From Candidatus Nanohaloarchaea archaeon (GTDB lineage Archaea > Nanohalarchaeota > Nanosalinia > Nanosalinales > Nanosalinaceae): DNA of 64,000 bases. The position numbers and the translations under genes were made by a program. The stretch is from assembly GCA_042218075.1 (NCBI GenBank), contig JBDGRK010000018.1:50224-114223 (forward strand), written 5' to 3'. Shown here one piece after another: positions 28,950 through 38,619 of this stretch. The notes below the pieces were generated by a model. It was not told the DNA's origin. It ran no database searches and saw only the letters and a list, made by a program, of their open reading frames with translations. Position 1 is the first letter of the stretch; the number at the start of each line of letters is the position of its first letter.

Positions 28950-31900
28950 ATGTCAGACGAGCTTGACGCCATTAAAGAGGTAATCAACGATCCCGAACAC
29001 ATCCGAAATATTGCTATCGCCGCTCATATAGACCACGGCAAATGCGTATCTCCGGACCAGCGGATCGCGCTTTCCGGCGGAAAACAGGTAAAAGCGGAAG
29101 AACTTTTTGAAGAATTCAGCGATAAAGGTGAAATTGTATCGAAAGGAGAAGAGACACAGATAAAGGTAGATTCTGGAGATGTTAGGGTCAAATCTCTCGA
29201 TAAGAGAACGGGAGAAGTTGTAGACGGCGAAGTAACTGATCTGTGGAAGATGGAGAATAAAGACTCGATCTATAGAGTAGAACTTGAAGATGGAAAAAAA
29301 GTTGAGACAACTCCGGAACACGAATTTCTAACTCTAAGGCAGAATGGAAGCTTTGACTTCGTGGAGGCGAGAAACCTATCTGAAAACCACACAGTAGTGG
29401 GTTCAAGGCTTCTGGAGGCCGATTCGCTAAGCGAGTCTGAACTGAAAGTGGAAATACTTGAAAGACTTTCAGAGGACGCCAATTACTATATCAGGCTTGA
29501 AGAAGAGTTTGCGGAAAAGCTACAGTCTGATATGAAGGAATTAGGGATGGAAAAAACATATGAACAGATTAGACCTGTTCTCGAGTTCGAATCTTTCAGG
29601 CATTGCAGCTGGAGGGGAGAGTACAGGCTGAAGACAGTTCTACAACTTGCGGAAAAGTTCTCCAGTAAAGCAGAACTCTACGATAGTATTGAAACAGTTA
29701 ATAGGAGAGGAACAGATAGCAAGGGAGTTCAGTCTTCGATCGAGGTAGAACTTCCAGACGATCTCTCCGGACTTTTCTACCTTGCAGGCATGTTCTTCGG
29801 AGACGGAGACCTTGAAGGGAACATTACTAATGACAACGAAGAGATCCAAAAGATTGTAGGGCGGAAGGCAGCAGATCTTGGGCTTGAACCTATTGCAAGA
29901 GAGTTTGAAGAAAGAGCTACAAGAATTGAGATAGGAGGAAAGACTCTCAGGAGAATTCTTGAAGATCTATTTGACTATCCTGAAGAAGATAAATCAGCGA
30001 GCATCAAAATTTCAGATCTTGTATTCCGGTCGCCTGAAAGATACATTAGCGAGTTCATCAGGGGCTACATGGACGCGGACGGGACTGTAGAAGATTCCAG
30101 ATCAGCGGTATCCGTAGGTTCAAAGAGCCTTAAAATGCTGGAAGACCTGCAGTTATTGCTCCAGAGGTTCGATATCGCTTCAAAGCTTAACAGGGAGAAT
30201 AAAACCCTATACATCTCGGGAAGTCTATCTCTTGAGAACTACCTTGAGATCGGTTTCGAGCACCCGGTTAAACAGCAGAAGCTGGAGGAACTGGTTAAAG
30301 AAGCGGAAAGCTCAAAGGCTGATAGAGTTCCTATTGATGGAGAAGAGGTCAGAGAAGTAAGGAAGAAAGCCGAACTAACGCAGAGCGATATGATCACCTC
30401 TTACACTAATTATGAGAACAATCATGTAGGTCTTACCAAGAAATCACTCAGAAAAATAACGGAGAGATTCGAGGAAGAAGGATTTGAAGGGCAGAAACTC
30501 AGAAGGCTGGAAAGACTCGCAGTCGCAGATACAACCTTCTCAAAGGTCAAAAATATAGAGAAGATGGAGAATACAGAGACTGTCTACGACTTCACGGTAG
30601 AGGATCACCACAACTTCATATCGGAGGGAATAGTTGTACATAACACTACTCTCACAGATAATTTACTGGCCAGAGCAGGCATGATTTCGGACAAGCTGGC
30701 AGGAGATCAAAGATTCATGGACTTCGACGACCAGGAGGCTGAGAGAGGGATCACGATCTACTCCGCCAACATCTCGATGGTCCACGAGTTTGACGGCGAC
30801 GATTACCTGATCAACCTTATCGACACTCCAGGCCACGTCGACTTCGGGGGAGACGTTACAAGAGCGATGAGGGCTGTCGACGGCGTTGTTGTCCTGGTTG
30901 ACGCGGTTGATGGTGTCATGCCCCAGACCGAGACAGTCATGAAGCAGGCGCTGCAGGAAGGCGTCAAGCCTGTACTGTTCATCAACAAGGTAGACCGCCT
31001 GATAGAAGAGATGCAGCTGACTCCGGAGGAGATGCAGGAGCGGTTCAAGAAGATAATCAGAGAGGTCAACACCGCTCTTAGAAAGTATGCGGACGACGAG
31101 ACCGCGGAGAACTGGAAGATGAAGGTGGATGATGGAACTGTAGCGTTTGGATCAGCGCTGATGAACTGGGCGATCTCGGTTCCATTTATGAAGGAGACCG
31201 GCATCTCGTTCGGGGAAATAATCGAAAGAGTAAACGAAGACGATCACGAAGGACTCGCGGAGGATGCACCGATCGAGGAAGTGGTGCTGGACATGGTTGT
31301 AAAGCACCTTATAGATCCCCATACCTCCGCGGAGTGGAGGATTCCAGCTGTATGGCCCGGCGACGTTGACTCGGAAGTAGGAAAGGACATGATGCAGCAC
31401 GACCAGGATGGAAGACTGGTAGGTGTCGTAACGAATGTTGAAGACGATGAGCACGCGGGAACTATAGCCACCGCGAGACTCTTTTCAGGAACAGTGAACG
31501 AGGGAGACGAGCTCTACGGTATAGGATCGCAGAAGACAGAGCGCGCCCAGCAGGTTGGAATTTACTCAGGACCCAGAAAGCTCACAGTTGACTCCGTTCC
31601 ATGCGGAAATATCGCCGCGATCACCGGTCCTGACTTCTCAACGGGAGAGACTTTCATTCTGGATGGAGAGGAGGAGATCCAGCCGTTCGAGCAGATCGAG
31701 CACGTCTTCGAGCCTGTTGTTACCAAGTCGATCGAGCCGAAGAGAACCTCCGATCTCCCCAAGCTTATCGAGGCGCTGAGGAAGCGCTCAAAGGAAGACA
31801 ATACTATCGAAGTCGATATTGACGAGGAGACCGGCGAGACACTGGTCTCGGGACTCGGAGAACTCCACATAGAAGCCAAAGTTGAAAGACACCTGGAAGA

Positions 31901-32735
31901 GAAGGGAATCGATATTGAGGTTTCTGAACCCATCGTGGTATTCAGGGAAGGCATCGATGACTCCTCACCAGAGATGATGGGCAAGTCGCCCAATCGCCAC
32001 AACAAGCTGGAAATCTCGGTCGAGCCTCTGGATGAATCTGTAAGGAAGTTTTTGAAGGAGGATTTGCAGGAAGTTAAAATGGAGGCGGATGAAGACAGGG
32101 AGATTACGGATGCGATGATCGAGGCAGGGCTCGATAAGGAAGACGCGGAGAACGTGATGGATGTGTTTGAGGAGAACCTGTTTATCAACGCCTCAAGAGG
32201 TATCAAGAACCTAAGAGAGATCAAAGAGTATCTTGTGGATGCGTTCCACGAGTTCTGCGAGGAAGGACCTCTCGCGGGAGAACCTGTGATTGGTCTAAAG
32301 GTAAAGCTTCACGACGCACAGCTCCACGAGGACGCAATTCATAGAGGTCCCGCACAGATGATACCCGCTACCAAAGATGCGATGAAGAGAGGATTCCTAG
32401 AGGCGACTCCAAGACTGATCGAGCCTAAACAGGTGCTCAGGATCGACACACCTAGCGATACAATGGGAGATGCGATGACCGAAGTCTCCAACAGAAGAGG
32501 AGACGTAATAAACATGGAGGAAGAGGGCGACTCATCTGTGATCAAATGCAAATTACCCGTAGAAGAGCTTTTCGGGTTTGAAGCAGATCTAAAGGGAGCC
32601 ACGAATGGAAAGGGGTTCTTCTCGCTGATCGACCTGATCTTCGAGCCGCTGCCTAGAAACCTCCAGGAGGAGAAGATCATGGATATTAGAGAGCGGAAGG
32701 GAATGAAGCAAGAGATGCCAAGCGTGGAGGAGTAG
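28950..32735 (+). CDS. fusA: Translation elongation factor 2, intein-containing
   Basis: AHIDHGK|TTLTD, DTPGHVDF, NKVD, diphthamide loop HEDAIHRGPAQ. Confidence 0.97.
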   Translation: MSDELDAIKEVINDPEHIRNIAIAAHIDHGKCVSPDQRIALSGGKQVKAEELFEEFSDKGEIVSKGEETQIKVDSGDVRVKSLDKRTGEVVDGEVTDLWKMENKDSIYRVELEDGKKVETTPEHEFLTLRQNGSFDFVEARNLSENHTVVGSRLLEADSLSESELKVEILERLSEDANYYIRLEEEFAEKLQSDMKELGMEKTYEQIRPVLEFESFRHCSWRGEYRLKTVLQLAEKFSSKAELYDSIETVNRRGTDSKGVQSSIEVELPDDLSGLFYLAGMFFGDGDLEGNITNDNEEIQKIVGRKAADLGLEPIAREFEERATRIEIGGKTLRRILEDLFDYPEEDKSASIKISDLVFRSPERYISEFIRGYMDADGTVEDSRSAVSVGSKSLKMLEDLQLLLQRFDIASKLNRENKTLYISGSLSLENYLEIGFEHPVKQQKLEELVKEAESSKADRVPIDGEEVREVRKKAELTQSDMITSYTNYENNHVGLTKKSLRKITERFEEEGFEGQKLRRLERLAVADTTFSKVKNIEKMENTETVYDFTVEDHHNFISEGIVVHNTTLTDNLLARAGMISDKLAGDQRFMDFDDQEAERGITIYSANISMVHEFDGDDYLINLIDTPGHVDFGGDVTRAMRAVDGVVVLVDAVDGVMPQTETVMKQALQEGVKPVLFINKVDRLIEEMQLTPEEMQERFKKIIREVNTALRKYADDETAENWKMKVDDGTVAFGSALMNWAISVPFMKETGISFGEIIERVNEDDHEGLAEDAPIEEVVLDMVVKHLIDPHTSAEWRIPAVWPGDVDSEVGKDMMQHDQDGRLVGVVTNVEDDEHAGTIATARLFSGTVNEGDELYGIGSQKTERAQQVGIYSGPRKLTVDSVPCGNIAAITGPDFSTGETFILDGEEEIQPFEQIEHVFEPVVTKSIEPKRTSDLPKLIEALRKRSKEDNTIEVDIDEETGETLVSGLGELHIEAKVERHLEEKGIDIEVSEPIVVFREGIDDSSPEMMGKSPNRHNKLEISVEPLDESVRKFLKEDLQEVKMEADEDREITDAMIEAGLDKEDAENVMDVFEENLFINASRGIKNLREIKEYLVDAFHEFCEEGPLAGEPVIGLKVKLHDAQLHEDAIHRGPAQMIPATKDAMKRGFLEATPRLIEPKQVLRIDTPSDTMGDAMTEVSNRRGDVINMEEEGDSSVIKCKLPVEELFGFEADLKGATNGKGFFSLIDLIFEPLPRNLQEEKIMDIRERKGMKQEMPSVEE
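29043..30644 (+). mobile_element. 534-aa intein with LAGLIDADG homing endonuclease in the EF-2 P-loop
   Basis: Starts CVSPD, TPEH block B, LAGMFFGDG and IRGYMDADG, ends VYDFTV..HHNF...VVHN; +1 residue Thr. Confidence 0.95.
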
Positions 32736-32743
32736 AACTTTCT

Positions 32744-33067
32744 CTATCCCTGCTTCCCTTCCGCTATCCTATCCAGAAGGTTGTATAACTCTTCTTCCTC
32801 GTAGTCGAGTTCTTCTCTGTGGAATATGTCCAGAATGTAAACTTTTGACTCAATTTTAGCGAAGAAAACTCTATAGTTAAGCTCGCCTTCTTTAAAATCC
32901 AGTTTGTCCCAAGGATTGCCGTGATGATCATAAACATAGCTGTAAGATTCATGGTTAAAGAACTCTTCAGCGGATGCTTCCTCTATCTTATCTCTAATCT
33001 TTTCCCTTGTTTCTATTGAAAAATTGGATAGAGATTCAAACGCCTTCTCTGTATACTCATATTTCAT
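32744..33067 (-). CDS. RelE/ParE-family toxin
   Basis: YTEKAFESL...YRVFF...ILDIFHRE; overlaps the antitoxin. Confidence 0.8.
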   Translation of the reverse strand: MKYEYTEKAFESLSNFSIETREKIRDKIEEASAEEFFNHESYSYVYDHHGNPWDKLDFKEGELNYRVFFAKIESKVYILDIFHREELDYEEEELYNLLDRIAEGKQG

Positions 33068-33309
33068 CCCGAAAGCCTTCGCTCAACTTCTTCAGGCGTT
33101 AGAGTATTGCCTCTCTCAACATCTCTCAGTGCCTTTTCCAGTCTTTCAACTGTGCTACCCTTAATTACATCTGTATCAAGCTTTCTATTCTCCATCTTCA
33201 TTCTCAATGCATCTCTAATAAGCTCTGACTTCGAATTGTACCTGCCTCTCTCAACTTCTTCCTCTACAAAGCGTTCAAGTTCATCCGGCAGATCCGTGCT
33301 TACAGCCAT
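33064..33309 (-). CDS. Ribbon-helix-helix (CopG/ParD-like) antitoxin
   Basis: DLPDEL..VERGRYNSKSELIRDALR. Confidence 0.85.
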   Translation of the reverse strand: MAVSTDLPDELERFVEEEVERGRYNSKSELIRDALRMKMENRKLDTDVIKGSTVERLEKALRDVERGNTLTPEEVERRLSG

Positions 33310-33394
33310 AACCAATAATAGTTATTGTTAAATTTTTATTTCTTCCTCCGGGAGATGAAACCAACTAAAAAGAGTTTTAATCAGAATAATCGCC

Positions 33395-34513
33395 ATGAAG
33401 ATAGCCATCTACCAGCCCTACCTGAAGGAGAGAGGAGGTATGGAGAAAGTTGTCCTGGAGTACGCGAAGAATTCAGAACACAAGATAGAAATTCTTACCA
33501 TGAATTACGACAGGGAGGGTACTTTCGACGAATTTGAAGAAGCTGAAGTGAGAGAGATAGGAAATTATGGTTCACCGGGTTCTTTCCTTGAACAGGCAAT
33601 AAACTTCGGCATTAGACCGCTCTTCAGGAAAGTGGGCCTAGAAGATTATGACGTTCTGGTTGTATCTGAAGCAGGTTTCGGATCTCCGATCACTGTTAGG
33701 AACGATGAATTACCAATTATAGCTTATGTACATACTCCTCTCAGAGCCGCCTTACCCAAATTCAGGCAGAGATACAGGCAGGAGTTTGCACTACCTCTTC
33801 GGCCTTTCTTCCCGATGTTCATTCTTGGATACAATATTCTGGAGAGGCTGGGCTGGAGCAACTTTGAGAAGGTGATCGCGAACAGCGAACTGACCAAAAA
33901 TAGGATGGATTCTAAAGGTCTAAGAAGAAAGGAGGAAGTCGAAGTAATTAACCCGGGAGTTGAAGTTGAAGGAAAATCATCCTCTAATTATGAGAAATAC
34001 TTTTTCTACCCGAGCAGGTTCGAGCCCTACAAGAGGCAGGAAATGGCAATAGAGGCGTTTAAACAGGCGGAGCTAGAGGATTTCGAGCTAGTACTGGCAG
34101 GAGCCTCGGCCGACGAGAATTACGTTGAAGAGCTGAGAGTTATGGCTGGAGAAAACGTCAGGATTGAGGTAGATGTGCCGGGAGATAAATGGGAGGAACT
34201 GTATTCAGACTCCTACTCTGTACTGTTCTGCGCAGAGAAGGAGGACTGGGGCATAATTCCGCTTGAAGCAGGAAGTTTCGGGAAACCGGTTGTAGCGGTT
34301 GATGAGGGGAGTACAAGCGAGACAGTAGAGGATAACGAGACAGGTTTTCTTGTGGAGGCGAATGCTTCTGAAATAGCTGAGAAAATGGAGCGCCTGGCGA
34401 AAAATCCGGAACAGGTCAGAGAGATTGGAGAGAAAGGGAGGGAACACTCGCAAGAATACAGCTGGGAAAAGTTTGCAGCAAGGCTGGATGAAGAGATTGA
34501 GGATATGAAGTAA
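33395..34513 (+). CDS. Glycosyltransferase family 4
   Basis: GGMEKVV, EDWGIIPLEA...GKPVVA. Confidence 0.9.
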   Translation: MKIAIYQPYLKERGGMEKVVLEYAKNSEHKIEILTMNYDREGTFDEFEEAEVREIGNYGSPGSFLEQAINFGIRPLFRKVGLEDYDVLVVSEAGFGSPITVRNDELPIIAYVHTPLRAALPKFRQRYRQEFALPLRPFFPMFILGYNILERLGWSNFEKVIANSELTKNRMDSKGLRRKEEVEVINPGVEVEGKSSSNYEKYFFYPSRFEPYKRQEMAIEAFKQAELEDFELVLAGASADENYVEELRVMAGENVRIEVDVPGDKWEELYSDSYSVLFCAEKEDWGIIPLEAGSFGKPVVAVDEGSTSETVEDNETGFLVEANASEIAEKMERLAKNPEQVREIGEKGREHSQEYSWEKFAARLDEEIEDMK

Positions 34514-34585
34514 TCTGGCTGTTTCAATTCCTTTTTAAAGTTTAACCGGTCAATTCCAGAATATACGCAAAAGGTGAAATCTAAA

Positions 34586-34640
34586 ATGAACGAAATTCAA
34601 AGAATTTCTGGGCAACCAGAAAATCACGGGTGATTTTCGG
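34586..34640 (+). repeat. Inverted pair of REP-like hairpins in the EF-1alpha leader
   Basis: Near-identical to 28892-28949. Confidence 0.85.
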
Positions 34641-35924
34641 ATGGCAGATAAACCACACGTTAACCTGGTGTTCATAGGACACGTTGACCACGGGAAGTCC
34701 ACCACTATCGGCAGGCTTCTCTGGGACACTGAAAACCTACCGGAAGAAGAGATGCGAAAGCTTGAAGATGCGGCAGAAGAGAAAGGGAAGGAAACGTTCG
34801 GATTCGCTTTCGCAATGGACACTATCGAAGAGGAGAGGGAGAGAGGTGTAACAATCGACCTCGCCCACAAGGATTTTGACTCTGATAATTACTTCTTCAC
34901 GATTATCGACGCTCCCGGCCACCGGGACTTCATTAAAAACATGATCACAGGAGCCTCGCAGGCAGACGCAGGAGTTCTGACGGTCGCGGCTGACGACGGA
35001 ATCCAGCCACAGACCAAGGAACATGCGTACCTGGCGAAGACACTCGGAATCGACCAGCTGATCGTTTCAGTCAACAAGATGGACGTGGAAGACTACGACG
35101 AGAGCAGGTTTGAAGAGCTTAAAGACGAAGTATCCGACCTGCTACAGGGAGTCGGTTACGATCCAAGCGAGATCGACTTCGTCCCGATCTCCGCATTCGA
35201 GGGAGACAACGTAGTTGAAGAGTCAGACGAAATGGGATGGTACGATGGACCTACACTGCTCGACGCCCTAGACGACCTTGAAGAGCCGGAGAAGCCGGAA
35301 GACCTTCCAACCAGAATCCCGGTACAGGACGTATACTCGATCTCAGGGATCGGAGCTGTGACAGTTGGAAGAGTTGAGACAGGAGATATATCCGGAGGAG
35401 ACGACATCGTCTTCCAGCCAGCTTCCGAGAGACTCAACCAGAACATAGGTGGAGAAGTGAAGACCATCGAGATGCATCACGAGGAAGTTGACGAAGCCAA
35501 TCCGGGAGACAACATCGGATGGAACACCAGAGGAGTAGGAGAAGACGACGTCAAGAAGGGAGATGTCGCAGGACCTGCCGACAATCCTCCGACAGTTGTC
35601 GATTCGTTCGAGGCACAGGTAATCGTCCTCAACCACCCCAACGTGGTTTCCGAAGGATACACCCCGGTATTCCACGTAAACACTGCACAGGTCTCATGCA
35701 CATTCACAGACCTGAAGAAGACGATGGATCCGAAGACAGGAGAGACACTGGAAGAAGATCCAGACTACATCAAGCAGGGACAGGCAGCAATCGTGGAGAT
35801 CACACCCCAGCAGCCTCTTGTCATTGAGGAGAACGACGACATTCCCCAGCTTGCGAGGTTTGCTGTCAGGGATATGGGGCAGACAGTCGGCGCAGGACAG
35901 TGCCTCGAAGTCAACGAGAAGTAG
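34641..35924 (+). CDS. tuf: Translation elongation factor 1-alpha
   Basis: [29 protein letters not shown]. Confidence 0.98.
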   Translation: MADKPHVNLVFIGHVDHGKSTTIGRLLWDTENLPEEEMRKLEDAAEEKGKETFGFAFAMDTIEEERERGVTIDLAHKDFDSDNYFFTIIDAPGHRDFIKNMITGASQADAGVLTVAADDGIQPQTKEHAYLAKTLGIDQLIVSVNKMDVEDYDESRFEELKDEVSDLLQGVGYDPSEIDFVPISAFEGDNVVEESDEMGWYDGPTLLDALDDLEEPEKPEDLPTRIPVQDVYSISGIGAVTVGRVETGDISGGDDIVFQPASERLNQNIGGEVKTIEMHHEEVDEANPGDNIGWNTRGVGEDDVKKGDVAGPADNPPTVVDSFEAQVIVLNHPNVVSEGYTPVFHVNTAQVSCTFTDLKKTMDPKTGETLEEDPDYIKQGQAAIVEITPQQPLVIEENDDIPQLARFAVRDMGQTVGAGQCLEVNEK

Positions 35925-35929
35925 AGTTA

Positions 35930-36006
35930 CGCTCAGGTCGAAACTCCACTTCGGAGTTTCTGGCTATACACAAACTCGCTGTGAAGCGAGTTTGGAATAC
36001 TGAGCG
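35930..36006. repeat. REP-like two-hairpin element downstream of tuf
   Basis: CGCTCAG/CTGAGCG enclosing TCGAAACTCC..GGAGTTTCTG and CAAACTCGC..GCGAGTTTG. Confidence 0.7.
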
Positions 36007-36079
36007 ACAGCGCATTCAGCCTGACGGCTCAATCCACTTTTCTCCTTTCTAATTTCTATTATTTATAAAAACTAACAGC

Positions 36080-36520
36080 TTACCTGAAATCCCAGAATGT
36101 ATGCAACTCAAAATCATGTTTTTCCCTAAGATATCTCTTAGAAGGTTTTCCAAAAGCTGCAGTCCCCGGCTGAATATCTTCATCAGAGATATTATCGATC
36201 TCTTCCAAGCCATCCTCACTCATTTTGTAAAGATAGACATTTGACACGACATCAGATGTATCATCTGAGTGCGATAAAGCTACTCTCTTCCCATTTAAAA
36301 TATCCAAATTTGATAAAAATTCTAGAAATCCGGGTCTAGTTTGTATAGGCCCTTGACCATCATGAAACCTGTCCAGCATCTCATTGGAATCTAGAAGAAT
36401 TGAGAAGTAACTACTCGATTTAATACTCTCTCTTACGAGATTACCGAAAAGATGAATAATTTGCTCTTCAGAGCTATAATCTTCGATCGTAAGTATATCG
36501 TAGCCTGCCATGAAGAACAA
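36080..36520 (-). CDS. Hypothetical protein inserted between tuf and rps10
   Basis: AT-rich 146-aa ORF. Confidence 0.55.
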   Translation of the reverse strand: MFFMAGYDILTIEDYSSEEQIIHLFGNLVRESIKSSSYFSILLDSNEMLDRFHDGQGPIQTRPGFLEFLSNLDILNGKRVALSHSDDTSDVVSNVYLYKMSEDGLEEIDNISDEDIQPGTAAFGKPSKRYLREKHDFELHTFWDFR

Positions 36521-36580
36521 TTACTAAGGGTTACTTGAAAGTATTTGCCATTTATAAGAATTAAGTTAGTAGCTGATAGT

Positions 36581-36889
36581 ATGCAAAAGGCACGTGTAAA
36601 GCTGAAGTCGACGAGCCAGGAGAAGATTGACGAGCTGGCGGAAGAAGTCATCGAGATCGGAGAAGAGTACAACGCGGAGATCTCAGGACCTGTACCTCTA
36701 CCGACGGAGACACTGACGATCCCGACCAGAAAGGCTCCGGACGGGGAGGGAAGCGAGACCATCGAACGCTACGAGATGCACATCCACAAGAGACTCATCG
36801 ACCTGAAAGACTCGGAGAGAGCACTGAGACAGGTCATGAGAGTTCACGTCCCGGAAGGAGTCGACATCGAGATCGAGCTCGAGGAGTAA
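36581..36889 (+). CDS. rps10: 30S ribosomal protein S10 (uS10)
   Basis: GPVPLPT, RKAPDGEG, HKRLID. Confidence 0.96.
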   Translation: MQKARVKLKSTSQEKIDELAEEVIEIGEEYNAEISGPVPLPTETLTIPTRKAPDGEGSETIERYEMHIHKRLIDLKDSERALRQVMRVHVPEGVDIEIELEE

Positions 36890-36920
36890 GAACTTAATTT
36901 TTGGATTTCCAAAAGGTTTC

Positions 36921-37397
36921 ATGGAAAACTGTTTTTTCTGTAAAGAGGCGCTTGAAAGAGGAATCGTGATAACCGAAACAGATAATTTCTATGCTAGGCT
37001 CTCGGATGTTCCACTGAATCCCGGATCATTTCATATCATAACAAAAGAGCACAAGGAATCATTCTTTGAACTAGATTCTAAGGAATGGAGCGAACTCAGA
37101 GATATAATCGAGAAGGGAATAGAGGAAATTAAAAGTATGGATCTGGAGAGGAAATATCAAAAGCTAAGAGATGACGTACCTAAACAGAAGTTTGTTAATT
37201 TTATAGAAGACGCTCTTGAAAGCGAATTTCTGGATAGCGACCCGGACGGATATAACCTAGGAATAAATGAGGGAAGAGCTGCAGGAAGAAGCATAGATCA
37301 CTTCCACTTGCATGTAATCCCTAGATTCGAAGGAGACGTGGATGAAAAGAGATACGGCATAAGAAACATATTTCCGGAAAAAGCAGATTACGAATAG
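36921..37397 (+). CDS. HIT-family hydrolase
   Basis: CFFC; HFHLHVIPR. Confidence 0.9.
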   Translation: MENCFFCKEALERGIVITETDNFYARLSDVPLNPGSFHIITKEHKESFFELDSKEWSELRDIIEKGIEEIKSMDLERKYQKLRDDVPKQKFVNFIEDALESEFLDSDPDGYNLGINEGRAAGRSIDHFHLHVIPRFEGDVDEKRYGIRNIFPEKADYE

Positions 37398-37561
37398 AAA
37401 ATTCCGATCTAATTTAAAGATTCTACGATCAACTTCCTCTACAGAGACTTCCGAAAGCCATTCACAGAATGGCTTCTTGCGATGTAAGAGCGTAACCTTA
37501 CTGCCGGAGGTCGAAAACTCCGATGGAGTTTTCTCGGCCCCGGTCAAATCCAAAAGGATTT

Positions 37562-37786
37562 GCCGGAGTGACTGAGTGGCTAACGCGGGCGAAAACCCTT
37601 AACGGGTTTTCTAAAGCGAGGCTTCCTTCGCCGACTGCTCGTAAGGCTCGCTGGCTAAAGGTGCCACCTTGGAGACAACAGCTTCTCATCTCGTTGAGAA
37701 GCCGGTTTGAGAAAATCTCTGATTTTCGAATCCTGATAGGTGGTGGGCCATCTGCGCCCTCCTGGGTTCAAATCCCAGCTCCGGCG
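37562..37786 (+). tRNA. tRNA-Ser(GGA) with two introns: D-loop (~37584-37658) and 37/38 (37675-37737)
   Basis: GCCGGAG/CTCCGGC acceptor, CCACC-TTGGAG|A-GGTGG, long variable arm, T-arm. Confidence 0.85.
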
Positions 37787-38164
37787 ATATCATCGCCTAT
37801 GCTGGCATTTGATAAGAGAAGCTCCAACTTCTGCGAGCTTCGGATTCAAATCCCAGCTCCGGCGCTATGCTTTTTGCCAAACGATGCAAAAAGTAGAAGG
37901 TTTACAAAAAGATCTGCCAAACTGCTCCAAAATCCCAGAGGAGTTTGTGCGAACACAGAAACCGCAAAACGGTTTCGACTGGATCGCCTGCCAGTTGCGG
38001 TACAAATCCCAGCTTTGGCGCAACTCCTATCACAGAGTTGGCATGCGACAAGCCATGCAACAGGCATGGCTCTCAGAAGATTAAGTTTCCCAAAAAAATC
38101 AAGTTCATTGAAAGGATGAACGAGGAAAGAGAAAATACCTGATTTTCGACTCCAGCTCCGGCGC
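37767..38164 (+). repeat. Array of tRNA-Ser 3'-end copies separated by palindrome-rich spacers
   Basis: TTCAAATCCCAGCTCCGGCG at 37767 (tRNA) and 37845; degenerate copies at ~38001 and ~38145. Confidence 0.8.
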
Positions 38165-38205
38165 TTACTTTATATTTTATTAACAGAGTAAGGCAAAGAT
38201 TCTTC

Positions 38206-38619
38206 ATGACCAAAACCGCCGGGGAATTAATGGATGATCCTGTATTCGTGGATGTAGATGCTCCTGTTGAAGAGGTAAAGGACATAGTTAAGGGATCGGA
38301 GAACACCGTGATAGTGAGGAAGGAAGGAGAGGTTGTGGGAGAGATACATGAAAACTCCCTCCTCAAACTTCTGATACCTCAGGAAAGGATAGATGAGGAG
38401 AAAGTGATTGGAATACTCGGCCTTTCCTTCGACAGGAGCTACGTCGCTGAGAAGGCGGAGGACCTGATGAATCACCATGAAATTACCGTCGAACCGGGAG
38501 AGGAAATAGGTGAGATAGCTTTTCTTATGGAGAGGGAAGATGTTAGGGCTATCCCGGTGGAAGATAATGGAGAAATAGTCGGCGTGGTACACGAAAACAG
38601 TCTAGTGGAGGAGATCTGA
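38206..38619 (+). CDS. CBS-domain protein
   Basis: Two CBS repeats (AGELM..., AEDLM..., IPVEDNGEIVG). Confidence 0.88.
   Translation: MTKTAGELMDDPVFVDVDAPVEEVKDIVKGSENTVIVRKEGEVVGEIHENSLLKLLIPQERIDEEKVIGILGLSFDRSYVAEKAEDLMNHHEITVEPGEEIGEIAFLMEREDVRAIPVEDNGEIVGVVHENSLVEEI

Noticed and set aside
17939-35827. Numerous Ser-rich antisense ORFs
   Set aside because: Shadows of Glu/Asp-rich codons in highly conserved sense-strand genes.
37523-38119. 198-aa ORF and neighbouring ORFs
   Set aside because: They overlap tRNA-Ser and its repeat array and have basic, atypical composition.
37767-38164. CRISPR array
   Set aside because: The repeats are tRNA 3' ends, the spacers are irregular (~58-135 nt) and palindromic, and there are no cas genes in the window.
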